From: Podarcis tiliguerta
Lineage: Eukaryota
Reading direction: 5' to 3' (one strand)
Length of the DNA stretch: 64,000 bases
Assembly (NCBI GenBank): GCA_965153285.1
Contig: OZ229114.1
How positions within the stretch are numbered: the stretch's first letter is position 1; every line of letters begins with the position of its first letter. Shown here one piece after another: positions 24,751-37,394 of the stretch. Position numbers and translations under genes: made by a program. A model generated the notes under the pieces. It was not told the origin of the DNA. It searched no databases and was given only the letters and a program-made list of their open reading frames with translations.

Positions 24751-27687
24751 TTTAATACATGTGCGTGCAATGAAATAGAGGTCTGCTTGGTGGTGCAGCT
24801 GTTAGACCTGAAAAGGTTAGCCACTTCTGTTTTGTCTAAACTTCTGGAAAAGAGAGAGATGAATGTGTTAACTTATCAGCATCAAAATTAGCTTCTGATA
24901 CATCTAATTTGTAAATTTAAATTCATGTAAATTCTAGTGCATTGCCGCTGTTGAAATAGGTTCTTGCCTCTGAAAATTCATTCCTAAATTTGCTGGACCT
25001 GAAAGTGCTACAGTACTTCTTATGGCCTCAACCCAACTTGAATAATGGAAGACCGGGTTTGGGTAAAAAACAACAGCAACCCAGTGGAGAATTTCCAGGT
25101 CGTCTCATTTTGTTCTGCCTTTTTAATCTTGGTTGTGCTGCTGATTTCCTAGTGCTAGCAGTGTGGTTAAAATACTATTTCAGGAAGGGTATTATGACAA
25201 AACAGGAGAGCTGCTGGCAAACTAAATTCTATTCCCCCCGCCAGATGACCTTGTGTATTCAGCAGTCAAACTGCAGCCTTCACCCTAGTAAGATGATGTT
25301 TGTGCCACTTGGAAGGGGCTTGGGTAGTAGCAAGAGATACAAGAGCCTCTTCCCAGGGGCATTGTTTAGAGTAAAAATGTCTCTTTGTAGTGTTGCAAAC
25401 AGAAAAGCTTTTCCAGGATGAGGGTACAGTGAGTTGAACGTCAAGAGTCTTGGCTTCCTTAAAACTAGCCATTCAACCTTTCTACGATGTGTGGAGTTGA
25501 AAGGTGATCTTTATGGAAAATGGGTGGCAGCAGAATGATTGAATTGCTCGAGCCAGGACAGACATAACTGCAGAAATAACCACTCACACAAATGGTCTAC
25601 TACTTGAACAAGTAGTGGAATGAGTAATCCACCCACACATGTAGTTATTTCTGTGGGTAAACCAGCTACAGTGGAACATATAGTTAGAATTTGTGCTTGC
25701 CCCAGAATACCTTGACACTATGGAAGACACATAGGTAGCCTCCAAAAATAAGATTCTAAAGCTGTCTCGTCAATTTATCTGGAGGAAATGGCAAACTGCT
25801 TCTCTGTTTCATATGCTTCCAGCCCCACAGTTTCTGATGCAAGAAAGGTCTTGCCAGTTCTTATACAAAAAGAGTGAACAGAATTTAACAATTATTTTGA
25901 TCACTGACTGCTTTTATAATTGTTGATTGCCCCTTTTTATTCAGATTTCATTTTGTGATGACACTGGCTGAAACTGAATTCTGAACTCCCTCTGCACTCT
26001 GGATAGAACACCTCTTGCATTTTCTCTTCCTTGTGGCTACATTTTAATGCGTGTTTGTTTGTTTTTTGATTGCTTTTGATCTGAATCAGTTTGTGTATAG
26101 GCCTACTAAACTTTTCAGACTACTCCATGCATCTGATGAAGTCTATGAAGGGTGACGACACAATATAGTTCTTACAGGGGAGAGACTCTAGTGTTTGTTG
26201 CTACATAGTGATACGGGCACCCCTTTGGAAATCATTTTGTTCATAAATGAGAGGGCTCAGGGTCAAGTCTAAGCAGAAGAGGTTGAACAGTCCCCATCTG
26301 CCAGCACATTTTGATGTTATCCTTCCCCAGCCTGGAAGGTAGGTGAGGTGCTGATGGAGAAGTCGTGTCTCAGACGCAAAAGAGAATGAGTGGGTGAGTA
26401 AGTAAATGTAGCAGTTGTAAGTGCTACAGATCTCATGTCAGGATAAAGGGTGGAGAGCTCCTGTGGATGCATCTGCAGACTTGAGAGCTCATTTGCACTA
26501 ACAAATCCTCCTTACAAATGGGAATGTAGTTTATACCACCTTTAGAAGTGCTTTTAGATTGAAATGCCTCCATATCCACACACCCCACACAAAAGTGCCT
26601 TGCAACATGTCCTTAGCTCCCTGGGTATCTTCTCAGTGTTACAGTTTCAGACAAAAAGAGCTGTTGGAAGGCTCTGTATAGTACCACTTGGGGCAGCACT
26701 TTTCATAGAAACCTTGGGTTCAGCAAGCATCCCCATGGGATTCTGCAAAATGTTACAGCCTCCCATCTTAGGCATTTTGCAGAATCCCATCTCATGCTGG
26801 CCACGTTTCAATAGTGGGAACTGCCCACAAATAACACAAGGCCTGAGTTTGTCTCATGACATACTGTATATTGCAAAATTCACCAAATTCAAGTCTCTGA
26901 CCCTGAAAGCTTAATGAAGTCTTGAAAATACGTTTGTGAACATTCTTGTCCCATGATGTTGAATAATTCCAAGTAATGATTAGTTATTGCAAACCTTTGC
27001 CTTTGAATTTTGTAATAGTTTAAAAATGTTTTTATTTCACTTTCCAGGAGGGGGAGCTTGTTACAGGGCTTGCTCAACAAAAAGGGTTGAAAACCACTGG
27101 CTTAGGGTGTGTTATGACCAACACACTGCACAAGTCAGGATTGGGTTTCTTTTAAGTTATAGATTCTTTTTAGGGGAACTGCCTGTACGTCTCTTCCATC
27201 CAAATGAGGTGCTACTCATGCTGTATCAAGGGAGAAAAACTGCAAGTGCTTTCATTAGAAAGGACAGAAGCTCTGTTAAATCTTCAGCATCCCATGAGAA
27301 TTTCCGGAAGTTTGCTTTAAAAAAAATGTTTTTGTAAGGTGATTAGGGTGGCTTCATTTTAATGTTACACAATATTATTTTACTTTATAACCATGAATAA
27401 CTTAAGTGTCATGGACTCAATTCCTGATAAATGTTCTCTGCCCAAGTAATCTCTAGATTTTCTAATGTGCATAGAAGCACCTCTATAGATGATGTACTTC
27501 CAGCGCTGTTCTGCTTATTGGCATTTGTCAAGGGCTTTTTTCCTCTTTTTTTACAACTTGGAAAGTTTTTCACTAATGTGAGAATAGGAGAGGAAAGCTT
27601 ATTGGCAGTTCAGCTATCATCTAAGGAGCATTTTTCAGGCAACTGTCAGTCACACAACTGCAGTATAATCACAGTCATATGTGATCA

Positions 27688-27830
27688 AATAGCTCAGTTA
27701 TCAGCATGGTGCTGGTAACACCACGTTTGCAGGTTGGATCCCCATATGGGACAGCTGTATATTCCTGCATTGCGGGGGGTTGGACTGGATGATCCTCAGG
27801 GTAGCTTCCAATTCCATGCTTCTATGAATT
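27688..27830 (+). mobile_element. tRNA-head/CR1-tail SINE
   Basis: tagctcagt...gcaggttggatcccc head; ggttggactggatgatcctcaggg..ttccaattc..ttctatga tail. Confidence 0.7.
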
Positions 27831-28439
27831 CTACGACTTTTGGATCAGTTTGGACAGGCAAAGAACAAAAATGACCCTCAACTTATCAGGATGTTCTTGC
27901 CCAGGAGTTAAAGGACCATCCTTTCAGGTGTTCCTCCTTTTGAGAGACAGGAAATCCTCTTCATATCTTGAGGTTCTGCATTTCTAGAGCCGGGCTGAGG
28001 AATATGGCAAAGCCAGAGAAGCAAAGCCAGGTCTCTGGAGAGCTCCCAGTGTGTGGTGATATAGTTGCCTCTGTATGCTTCCATATACATCTGGCCAGCA
28101 TCCCTAAGTAGGGTGCCTAAGTATAGCTCCCACTAACCTCATTTTCCCCAGCTCCTCCTCTGAATTGCAAAGCAGGGCAGTTTTCTTTGTTTTTGTTTTG
28201 TCTAGGAGCTCCTCTTTCTTTAGATGATGGGTCCCCTGCCTCTTACTCCTGCCCTGATCCTGCAAACGTCTTCCCCTCATCTACCTCTAGCTGCATATTG
28301 TATAGAGCAGATGGGCTACACTCCTTCCCTCCAAGGGTTAATGTTTTAAGAACTTGTCCAGCAATTCCCTGCCTTGAGAAACACAAAGTGCAATAACACA
28401 GCACCCCTGGATTCAGGTTTTGTGGGTGGGTCGGGGGGG

Positions 28440-29260
28440 GGAGGGATGAGGATTAATTCCTGCACTTGATGTTAAAGCTTGCCCAAGAGGTTTGCCTTGG
28501 GGGGAGCATCGCTAGGGCCGACTGGTTGTGTTAAATGGTTGCTAAGGCCTTGGCATTACGGCCCGATGGAGTGTTCCACAGTCACGGTCACGGAGGGAAT
28601 TACACAGCCACAAAGAAATTGTTATTCTCCGTAATCTGCTTTTTGGAGAGTGACTGGGGGAGATGGGCCGGCCCCAGCAGGCCGCCGGTGCTGTGATCAT
28701 GGAAGCGTGTTGGCTCTGGCGAGCAGGGCAGGGCTCACCTTCTGATCTGGGGGACACCAGTGCTGCTGGTGCTAATCTGCTTTCTCAGCAATTTTGCTCC
28801 TCTGACACAACGGTGTTTACTTGTTTGAACATCTCCCGGGACTCTATTTCGCCTATTGTGTGGTCTTTATCCCCCCCACCCCCGATGGGGCTTTAGCCCA
28901 GATTACAGATGGAATTAAGGCCTCTGGCTCGGGTGCCCCAGAAAGACTGATACGGGATCAAGGAGCAGAAAGTAACAAAATAACTGGGAGGAGGGGGAGG
29001 CACTAGTTGCTTCAGGGAGTGGGGCTGCATTGTCCCACGGAGCGAGAGCCAGTGCGGCAGCCTGAAAAGCAGGCGCTCGGTGCTTTGTGACCAGTTCTGA
29101 TTAGACCGTTAGGGAGGAGGAGAAGGGCTGGGAACATGTGGGTCTTTAGTGGCTGAATGAGCTTCATTGGACACTGTTGTCTGAGTGGTAGTGAGAACTG
29201 TGGCAGCCCGGCTTTCTCTTGCAAGGGCGGTGGATTAGGAGCATGTATTAATTAATCAGA
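28440..29260. promoter_or_regulatory. Candidate conserved enhancer in an FBXW4 intron
   Basis: TE-free, CpG-retaining, seven GATTA/TAATC homeodomain sites. Confidence 0.5.
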
Positions 29261-31314
29261 GAGCCCTGTGCTAGACAGACCTTGTAGCTGTAATGAAGGA
29301 AGGGAACTACTTAGCTGTCTTATTCAGCCTCTTATTCCTTGCAATCCTTTTGCCTTTCATGCCCATTTGGTCCTTAACTGTCTCCTGATATAAAGTTGCA
29401 TTCTCATTCCTTTATGAAAATGCCTCCTGAATAAGGTGGGGCATTGCAGAAGCAGCTCCTCTCCTTCCAGTTTAGACATGGGGAAGTGGCTGCAGAAAGT
29501 TCTGCAACCCGAGCCATGTCTGTGAGACTGGGTCCCTGTGAAAGCAGCCTCAGATGGCTTTTCATCTAAAGTGAGCCTGCTCAATAGACTGATTCAGATG
29601 ATGGGAATGAACACAGCCTGCCTTTCAGTGTTGGTTGTGTGATGTGGGGACACTTAAAAACAACGACGATATGGTCCATCCCCAGTCCTCCCCAATTTTA
29701 GCCGTATCATGCTTCCCCACCTCCCCCCGAAGGCTGCCATGAGAGATAAGCTGTCATGAAAGATAGGGGACTGCTGTATCCTGTGTAATTTGAGCACTAG
29801 AAAAAGTCTAGATAGTTCCCTTGGGCATTGTTGTCTTGCAATGCTAAGAGTTCACGACAGAGCAGGTTGAAATGCTTTCATGATAATGATGGAAGTGCAG
29901 TGAATGCTGTCATCTCTAACACTAACATTACGTGCAAGAGGCTGGCTGGAAGAAGGGAACCAATCTAGGTGAACTGAAAGAAAGGGTTTACTGAAAACAA
30001 AAAGCCTATCTGGAGTACAGATGCAGTACAACCCATCTAGGTGAGAACAAAATAAAAAAGGAAATGAGTCTTGGAGAAATGGAGTTGCTTTTCAGTATTG
30101 CAGAGATGCTGCCTAAAAATGCAGTGAGCCAGAAAATGTTTCCCATGAGAAGAATCCTTCACTCATTCAGAGTTGGACAGATCAGAAACCAAGGGCAGCT
30201 TTACTCATCACATGGCAGCGAATATCGTTTTTGCCATGTATGTGCAACGAAGGGAGTCAAGGCTTCCTAGCAAATTTCAGGGTACATATGCCTCCAAACA
30301 CTGGACTTTTTTTGCCATGTTCATGCTTTACATTCTCAGGTATACAAGTAACCATTTTACATGAATGCTTGGGGGGGGGGAGTAATAGGCAAAAGCTTCC
30401 TAAACAATTGAGCTGTAGAATGCAGCTCACTGCTATGGTCCACAGTCTTCATGAAAACCTGCTTTCCGTTCTGAACTCTTGCGTTTACAATTGATCAGTG
30501 ATCTTCCAGCCATAATGTGGGATTGCACTGATTGAGTGTCTCCTTCCTTGCTGTGCTGGTATTTGTAGACAAGAGAGGATTGCTTAGGGCTATTAGCACA
30601 AAGACAAAATACATAGAACCCTTGGAGAAGCACAATTGTTTCCAGCACATGCTGTTTTCCACTATATCAAGTAAGTGTTCCTTCAGTCTACCAGGGAGGT
30701 CTTTTGCGTGAGTCTTTGTTTGTCAAGGATAGTAGTGCTCTCAACAAAGATTTATTTTCTGACACAGTTGTACGTCTTGCTGTTCACAAAGTGGTTGCCC
30801 TCTCTTGCCAAGAAATCCCCAAATTGTTATGGCTAGATATAGAAGCAGAGTGCTAAGAAAATAATATAAGTACACCAGAGGGAGAATTATACTACAGCCA
30901 AGTACATATACCCCTTCATATTTACAGAGATCTTCTAATGACCACTAATGTGGTGTCTATGGATTCCACAACTAGTATATTATCTAAATAAATCTGCATC
31001 TTTGCTAATATAAGGGCTGCTTATCAGTGCTCTTTGCTTTACAGAAAAACATGTTAGTTCTGCTTAGTGTGAGAGGTAGAATTGAGTAACGGCTTTTATA
31101 CTTTCAAATGGAAAATGGCTATTATTTATTTGTCCTGGTACGCAACCTGTGCTCTTTTTCTTTTTAAAAAACTGGATACAAACTAACCTGCACTTGAATG
31201 ATCTTTCAACACTTTGGTTTCATTAATCTTTCCTGACAGAAGAACTGTATCAAAACAGAAGCCTAACATATGTAATAAAAAGATGTTCAGTACCATAATC
31301 GGTTCTCTTTTCAG

Positions 31315-31455
31315 TGGGCAACTAGTCACCTGCCTTGGGACAGACTTCCATCGAGGAGCTGGAGTCCTGGATGTTTTCTATGAAACACCTTCCACCTTGC
31401 TGTCTTGTGGGTATGATACCTATATCCGATACTGGGATTTACGGACGAGCACAAG
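31315..31455 (+). CDS. FBXW4: FBXW4 coding exon (WD40)
   Basis: tttcag/gtcagt boundaries; 141 bp; GQLVTCLGTDFHRGAGVLDVFYETPSTLLSCGYDTYIRYWDLRTST. Confidence 0.96.
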
Positions 31456-31617
31456 GTCAGTCTTGTAGCCTATTTATCAAAGCTGGTTGGGAATATTCTG
31501 GTTGCTAATTTCCTGGGTGTCTTGCTCTGACATGCCAGGCTATCCATAAAGACTGGTGATCCAGTATGTGGAAAAGAATGCTCTAAAGGTCTTTTGTGAC
31601 GTTTTTCTCCCCAAAAG

Positions 31618-31759
31618 GGAATGTGTCAAGCAATGGGAAGAGCCTCACGACAGTGCCCTGTACTGCATTAGGAGCAATGGGAATCACATGATTGCAAGTG
31701 GATCTTCTTATTATGGCGTGGTCCGTCTTTGGGATAAGCGACAAACCAGGTGCTTACAG
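31618..31759 (+). CDS. FBXW4: FBXW4 coding exon (WD40)
   Basis: ccccaaaag/gtaagg boundaries; 142 bp; ECVKQWEEPHDSALYCIRSNGNHMIASGSSYYGVVRLWDKRQTRCLQ. Confidence 0.96.
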
Positions 31760-32733
31760 GTAAGGAATCACCATTATGTTCCCAAAAGTTGATAAAAGGG
31801 GAACTATATCAAGTTTCCCACACAGGGACTAAGGGTGTGGAGATGTGTGCCACTTCTGCTCATTCCTGATTGCTTTATGTAAACAGTAATAGATGGGAGT
31901 TCAAATACCTACTCAGCCATGAAGCTAGTAACTTGTTCAGTGCTGCTTAGTTGGCATCCATCTGTCTTGAAACACAGTGGAGTGTGCCTTCAGGAGTGAA
32001 GTCCAACCACTGTATTAGCAGCACCAAAGTGACTTCCCTGGGGCACAAGCCTGCTACACACTAATTTTTGGCTGGGGGACGGGAATTGTGTTTGTCACCT
32101 TGAGCTCCAGAAGGGTGGGATACAAATGTTCTTACAGGACCAAAACAAGCCTGCCTGCTGCTCCATATTGTCATGGTACTAGGACAAGGAATTGTGTTTA
32201 TGACTTCATGAGACCAGGCACAGGTTTTAAATGCTGACATGCTGTTTTGTGCTGGTTTTTAGGCAGGAAACCGAACTGATTCATTTTTAATGTTTTCATA
32301 ATTTTGAAGTTTTCATTGTTTGAACTCTGTGTGAACTGCCCAGGGGACTTTGTTGATTGGGCAATCAAGAAGTGTTCTAAATAAATGAATGCAAATTAAC
32401 TGGGAGAGCAAGGAATTGCCTATGGGGATCTGATACAACAGCTTTGGGTTCAGTCGAACTCCAAAGATGTCAGTAGGAATATACCTGTGTAGTGGCGATT
32501 TCTCAAGCTGTTGCTGCCACTTTGAGCTGGTCTCGTTCAGAAAGACAATTGGCAGTGCCCTCACTGTTGCCTCATCTCAGTTCTGTTATCTTCTTGCTAT
32601 GATGCAGATGCAGATTTACAGGGTGCAATGGAATTTTGTGGGTGCTGGATGATTGCCATCTTATCACTGGCTCTTATTCCTGAATAACAGAAATCACCTA
32701 TCTAGGAGGATCTTTTTTCTTTTTTCTTTACAG

Positions 32734-32850
32734 AGCTTCTACTTGTCATCACCCACCAGCAGTCCTGTGTACTGCCTGCGCTTCAGCACCACTCATCTCT
32801 ATGCCACCCTGGCATCTGCCCTGTATGCCCTTGATTTTACTACCTCCTGA
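32734..32850 (+). CDS. FBXW4: FBXW4 terminal coding exon
   Basis: Long polypyrimidine tract and tacag acceptor; SFYLSSPTSSPVYCLRFSTTHLYATLASALYALDFTTS-stop. Confidence 0.95.
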   Translation, partial: SFYLSSPTSSPVYCLRFSTTHLYATLASALYALDFTTS

Positions 32851-33466
32851 TGGAGATTGGCTTGGACTGCAGATCTAATACCCAGCTCAGGGAGCACAAA
32901 AAGGAAATGATTACCTTGACAGAACAAGCAGCCTGAAACTCACACTAAGTGCTATGGGGGAACCCAAGGAAGGAATGTTCACCTGCCTTCTGGTTCCATT
33001 AAAGGCTAATGTCTCCTTGCCTCATTTTATTTTGCACATTTTGGGGTATTGTGTTGCATTTTAATTTATTTGAAGGCATTATTCAGCTTGGCAACTTGTG
33101 CATTCTCTTTTGCTATCAGCATAGATTCTGTTTGGGCCTCTGAATGCTGCAAGCCAACCATTTCTTCATGTTTTGGATTTAGTTTAGGAGGATGGGACTA
33201 GCTGCTTACTTCACTGACTCTCATCACTGCCACATCAATAGACACTGGGCTATAAGACCAAAGCCTTAGATTACTCTGTGCAAATTGTACCAATTTTTAA
33301 CTGGCTGCATACAAGGAGTGCTGCACTAGAAAGGTGTTGTCAGGTCAATGTGCTAAATAAATTTTACAATGGGAAGAAAGAATGTGAGTTCAAAACCAGT
33401 GACTGACTAATAGCTGTATAATTTGAATAGATTCCTAGGATCAAATGCAATGATTTGCTTACCTAA

Positions 33467-33472
33467 AATAAA
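33467..33472 (+). terminator. Candidate FBXW4 polyadenylation signal (alternative AATAAA at 33356-33361)
   Basis: AATAAA about 620 nt after the stop codon and just before a MITE. Confidence 0.5.
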
Positions 33473-33512
33473 GTTATTTCTACAGCTGTAACTTTTGAAA
33501 CAATGAACTACA

Positions 33513-33820
33513 TCAGGCACGTCCAACTCCCAAGAGACTGCGATCTACTCCCAGTATAAAATAGCTAGCAGTGATCTACCCATTGTTATTGGAGTTGTTG
33601 AGCTTTTTTTTGGGAGGTTTTTTTGTTTTTTTTTTGAGGGGGGAGGAAAAAAGACAATCAGGGGAATAAAATCATTTAAAAGATGCATATCACACACAGC
33701 GACACAGCTAATATTAACTTCGCTTTCCCGTAACAGTCACTGCTGCTGCGGCGCCAACGAAGGGACCTAGCGCCTGCAGTCCATTAAGGGGACAGTACTT
33801 GCCTGCGATCGACCACAATC
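33513..33820. mobile_element. hAT-like non-autonomous element (partial)
   Basis: caggcacgtccaac terminus; gcgatctac/gcgatcgac subterminal motifs. Confidence 0.5.
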
Positions 33821-34919
33821 TACTAGGATGTTTTTCTCCAAGAACTTTGTGCAACATCCATTCCTGGTTACTTCTAAGAGTAGGACACAACAGGGGGAAA
33901 GTAGCCAAGTACCCTAGCCCCTGTCAGCCACTCCCAACAAACACCTGTGTTTGTGACATGTTCCTTGATCATCCTGTCTCCAGCCTTCCATTAAGATATA
34001 CAGTCCTAACAAATTCAGTGAGTGACACTGAGAAATCAGCATGCTTAGGAGAGAACCCAAAGGTTAAAAGATCTTCAGGAATACAAAAATTTATGGTGCA
34101 GCCCCCAGCAGCAACTCATTGAGGACTGAGCATGCCTAGCCAAAGAATGCTGAATGTCCAATGAGGAGGAAATGGCTGGACCGCTGAACAGCAGCTCTCC
34201 AGACTATAACATTTTGTTGCAAGTCCTTGTTGGTTCTATTTGCCATTAGCATAGCAGAGTTCTATGGAAACTAGGAAATGCTGTGCTTTTAAGGTTTGTG
34301 AACTTGCAGCCTAAAGATAATCATCTACCTTTTGCCTGTTGTGTGCCTGGCCTGTGTGTTTGTGTGTGTTGTTGTTTAATTAAAAAATTCTAGCCTTTAT
34401 TCACATATAAAATTGGGATCAGGCTGGGAGGGGTATAGTTTTCATAGAAGAATGATAGAATGGACAGATATGGTTACAAGATCAGGTTATTCTTCCACGC
34501 ATACGGGACTGAGAAACCAGCATAGAAATTTGAACATTTGCTTTTATTAAAATGAAATTGATACCTTCAATAGTGGTACAAACTGGCATAAATGATATAC
34601 TGAGAGAGGTCAAAGTATTGAGAGCTCAGAATATACACATTCTAGGGCAAAGGCAGTGGGAAAAAATCCTTTATGCTTTGTTTGAAACTGGTTGGGTGTT
34701 CAGTTTGAGGGGCAACTGCAGGCAGCTGACACTGTCAGATATGCTTACTTGGTTCTTGCACTTCCCTTTATATCAACTTTAAATGCTATTGCATGCAGTA
34801 GGAGAAGTAATGGTACTCATCTTTTTTCTGGGACCTCTCTCCTGCCATATTCTTGAAGACAAAGACACAAGTTTTTAGAACCTTTAAAGTAATTCATAGT
34901 GCTATAGAGGATGCATATA

Positions 34920-35260
34920 CCATATTGGCCTGAATATAAGCCTCACTTTTCCCCCAAATTCCAACTGTGAAAAGTAAAAGCGTGGCTTATATCCATGACC
35001 TTAGGTATGCAGCCAGGAGCGTGAGGCAAACAGCGCCAGGAGCGCGGCATAGCGGTGCCTGCCCCATATATAGTCCCCCAAGGCTGGGACGGGAGAGAGA
35101 GAGAGGAAGGGAATAGGCCGTCGGCAACGCAGCACGGCTCTCCCCCCCCCCCCCCAGCCAGGAGCAGTGAGGAATGGAGCAGCTGATATTTGGGTATTTT
35201 TTCTTTTTTTCTTTCCCCCCTCCAATTTTAAAGGTGCGGCTTATATTCGGGCCAATATGG
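34920..35260. mobile_element. Tc1/mariner/pogo-type MITE between FBXW4 and DPCD
   Basis: TIRs ccatattggcctgaatataagcc / ggcttatattcgggccaatatgg. Confidence 0.8.
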
Positions 35261-35456
35261 GAGCTTTGGCTCCCTGAGAATTGTAATTAGCACACATACA
35301 AAGACGTCAACTCCTAAGAGATTGGTGCTTCTCACCTGTGCTGGACACCAGCAGGCTGATGGGGAGCTCTAAAAGTCTTGCGAGAAAGCTCTTCCAGGAT
35401 CTACAAACTCAGGTAACTTAAGTCCTTCCCCAAAAAGTTTGTCTCCAATCATCTCC

Positions 35457-35466
35457 TTTATTTATT
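35457..35466 (-). terminator. DPCD polyadenylation signal (overlapping AATAAA pair)
   Basis: tttatttatt on + reads AATAAATAAA on -, about 50 nt after the stop. Confidence 0.6.
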
Positions 35467-35513
35467 AAATAAAAGTAGTAAAATATATACAGATGAGATT
35501 CTGCAACTGCTGG

Positions 35514-35723
<210 letters not shown>

Positions 35724-36178
35724 TCACCCCAAAATTCAATAACACCGAGCACAAGAATTTACAGAGGAAATACAGCACAAAACTGTATCTCAAATGCATC
35801 TAATTTAATGCATGTTATCTCATATTGGAACTTAACCCTGGTTAGACTACTGGACTGTACAGTCTCCCCTGGCAAACTATGCACTTAACTTTGCTGGCTA
35901 TTTCATATATGCAAGCAGTTTTGAATATCTGCACTAAACATTACAGCCATAAGAAAAAGATGGTTACTCATGGGAGAGGTGTAAATCCTATGGCATTCTA
36001 AACTCTGAAGCAGAAACAGAAATAGTAATTAGGATTTTTCCTACTAAGCCTCAAGAGACTTATTAGCTCCTAATTTTGTAATTTCCCATTGTACTTAAGG
36101 GCCTATTTTTCTGTTTGTTTCCCCAGTTTTCACAGAGGTGGTGATGCCAAAAGGAAGGCCAGGAAATGTTCTGAGTTA

Positions 36179-36388
<210 letters not shown>

Positions 36389-37170
36389 TCAATAAGATGT
36401 AATCCTATACATAAAACCTAATCTACAAGTTAGAGAAACAGAAATGCATTCATACTTCTATTTTGACCAGAAACAGTTTCAATATTTAACATTGATCACT
36501 CAATTTTAAAAGCACACATTTTGATTGATTCTGAAGATGTCCCTGGTTGCTGGGACTATAGTGTTTTTTAATGCAAGTACATATAAATTGCAAGCACCAT
36601 TTTAAGATATCCCACCTGCTATGAGAGAGGAGGGATTCCACAGACGATATCTACTACAACACAGCATCATTCAAAAATGAAGTGTGCTTGTTTTCCCCTT
36701 AGATTTATTTTCTCATGTGCACATTTAGGCTGCAAACTATCTCCCTGATTTGCTGTGCAGGTCTCCCTCTGCCCAGTCCCAAACAGCTCCAGCAGTTCCA
36801 CTCCTCCAGTGTGCAGCTTCTAGATCATCCTACCAAAGGTGTGAGCAGGAACGGGTACAGCTTGGAAGATTCCCATTGGCACTAACTCACAGAAAGCCCC
36901 CAGATGGAGTGTTCTGGGGCAGAAGGAGCTGAGTCAGGACCACTGCTGTTAGTTGATGGCACTGGTCCAGATATGGGTCCAGGTGCTACACCAACCCCAG
37001 ACCAGCATAGTGCAGCGCTTGCCACATAGGTTTGCCTGTGTGCCCTGCGTTCCATTCCTGCCAGCGTGAGTGGGTGCAGTGGTGGCTACACCATTCTATC
37101 CCACACCCCAGCTAAGGTTAGACTAGCTCTGTTAATGAATTTTATTTTTATTAATAAGTCAATATGAATA

Positions 37171-37394
37171 CAGTGGTACCTCGGTTTTCGAACATAATTT
37201 GTTCTGGAAGACCGTTCGACTTCTGAAACATTCGAAAACCCGAGGCGCAAAGGGTGGTCTGCAAATTCAATAGAGAAAATTGAATTTTGATTTCCAAGAC
37301 GCGTTCGAAAATGGAAGCATTTACTTCCGGGTTTTCGGCATTCGAAAACCAAAGCGTTCGACTTCTGAGACGTTCAAAAACCAAGGTACCACTG
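37171..37394. mobile_element. Tc1/mariner (Tigger-like) MITE
   Basis: TA|cagtggtacctcggttt ... aaaccaaggtaccactg|TA: TIRs and TA TSD. Confidence 0.9.
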
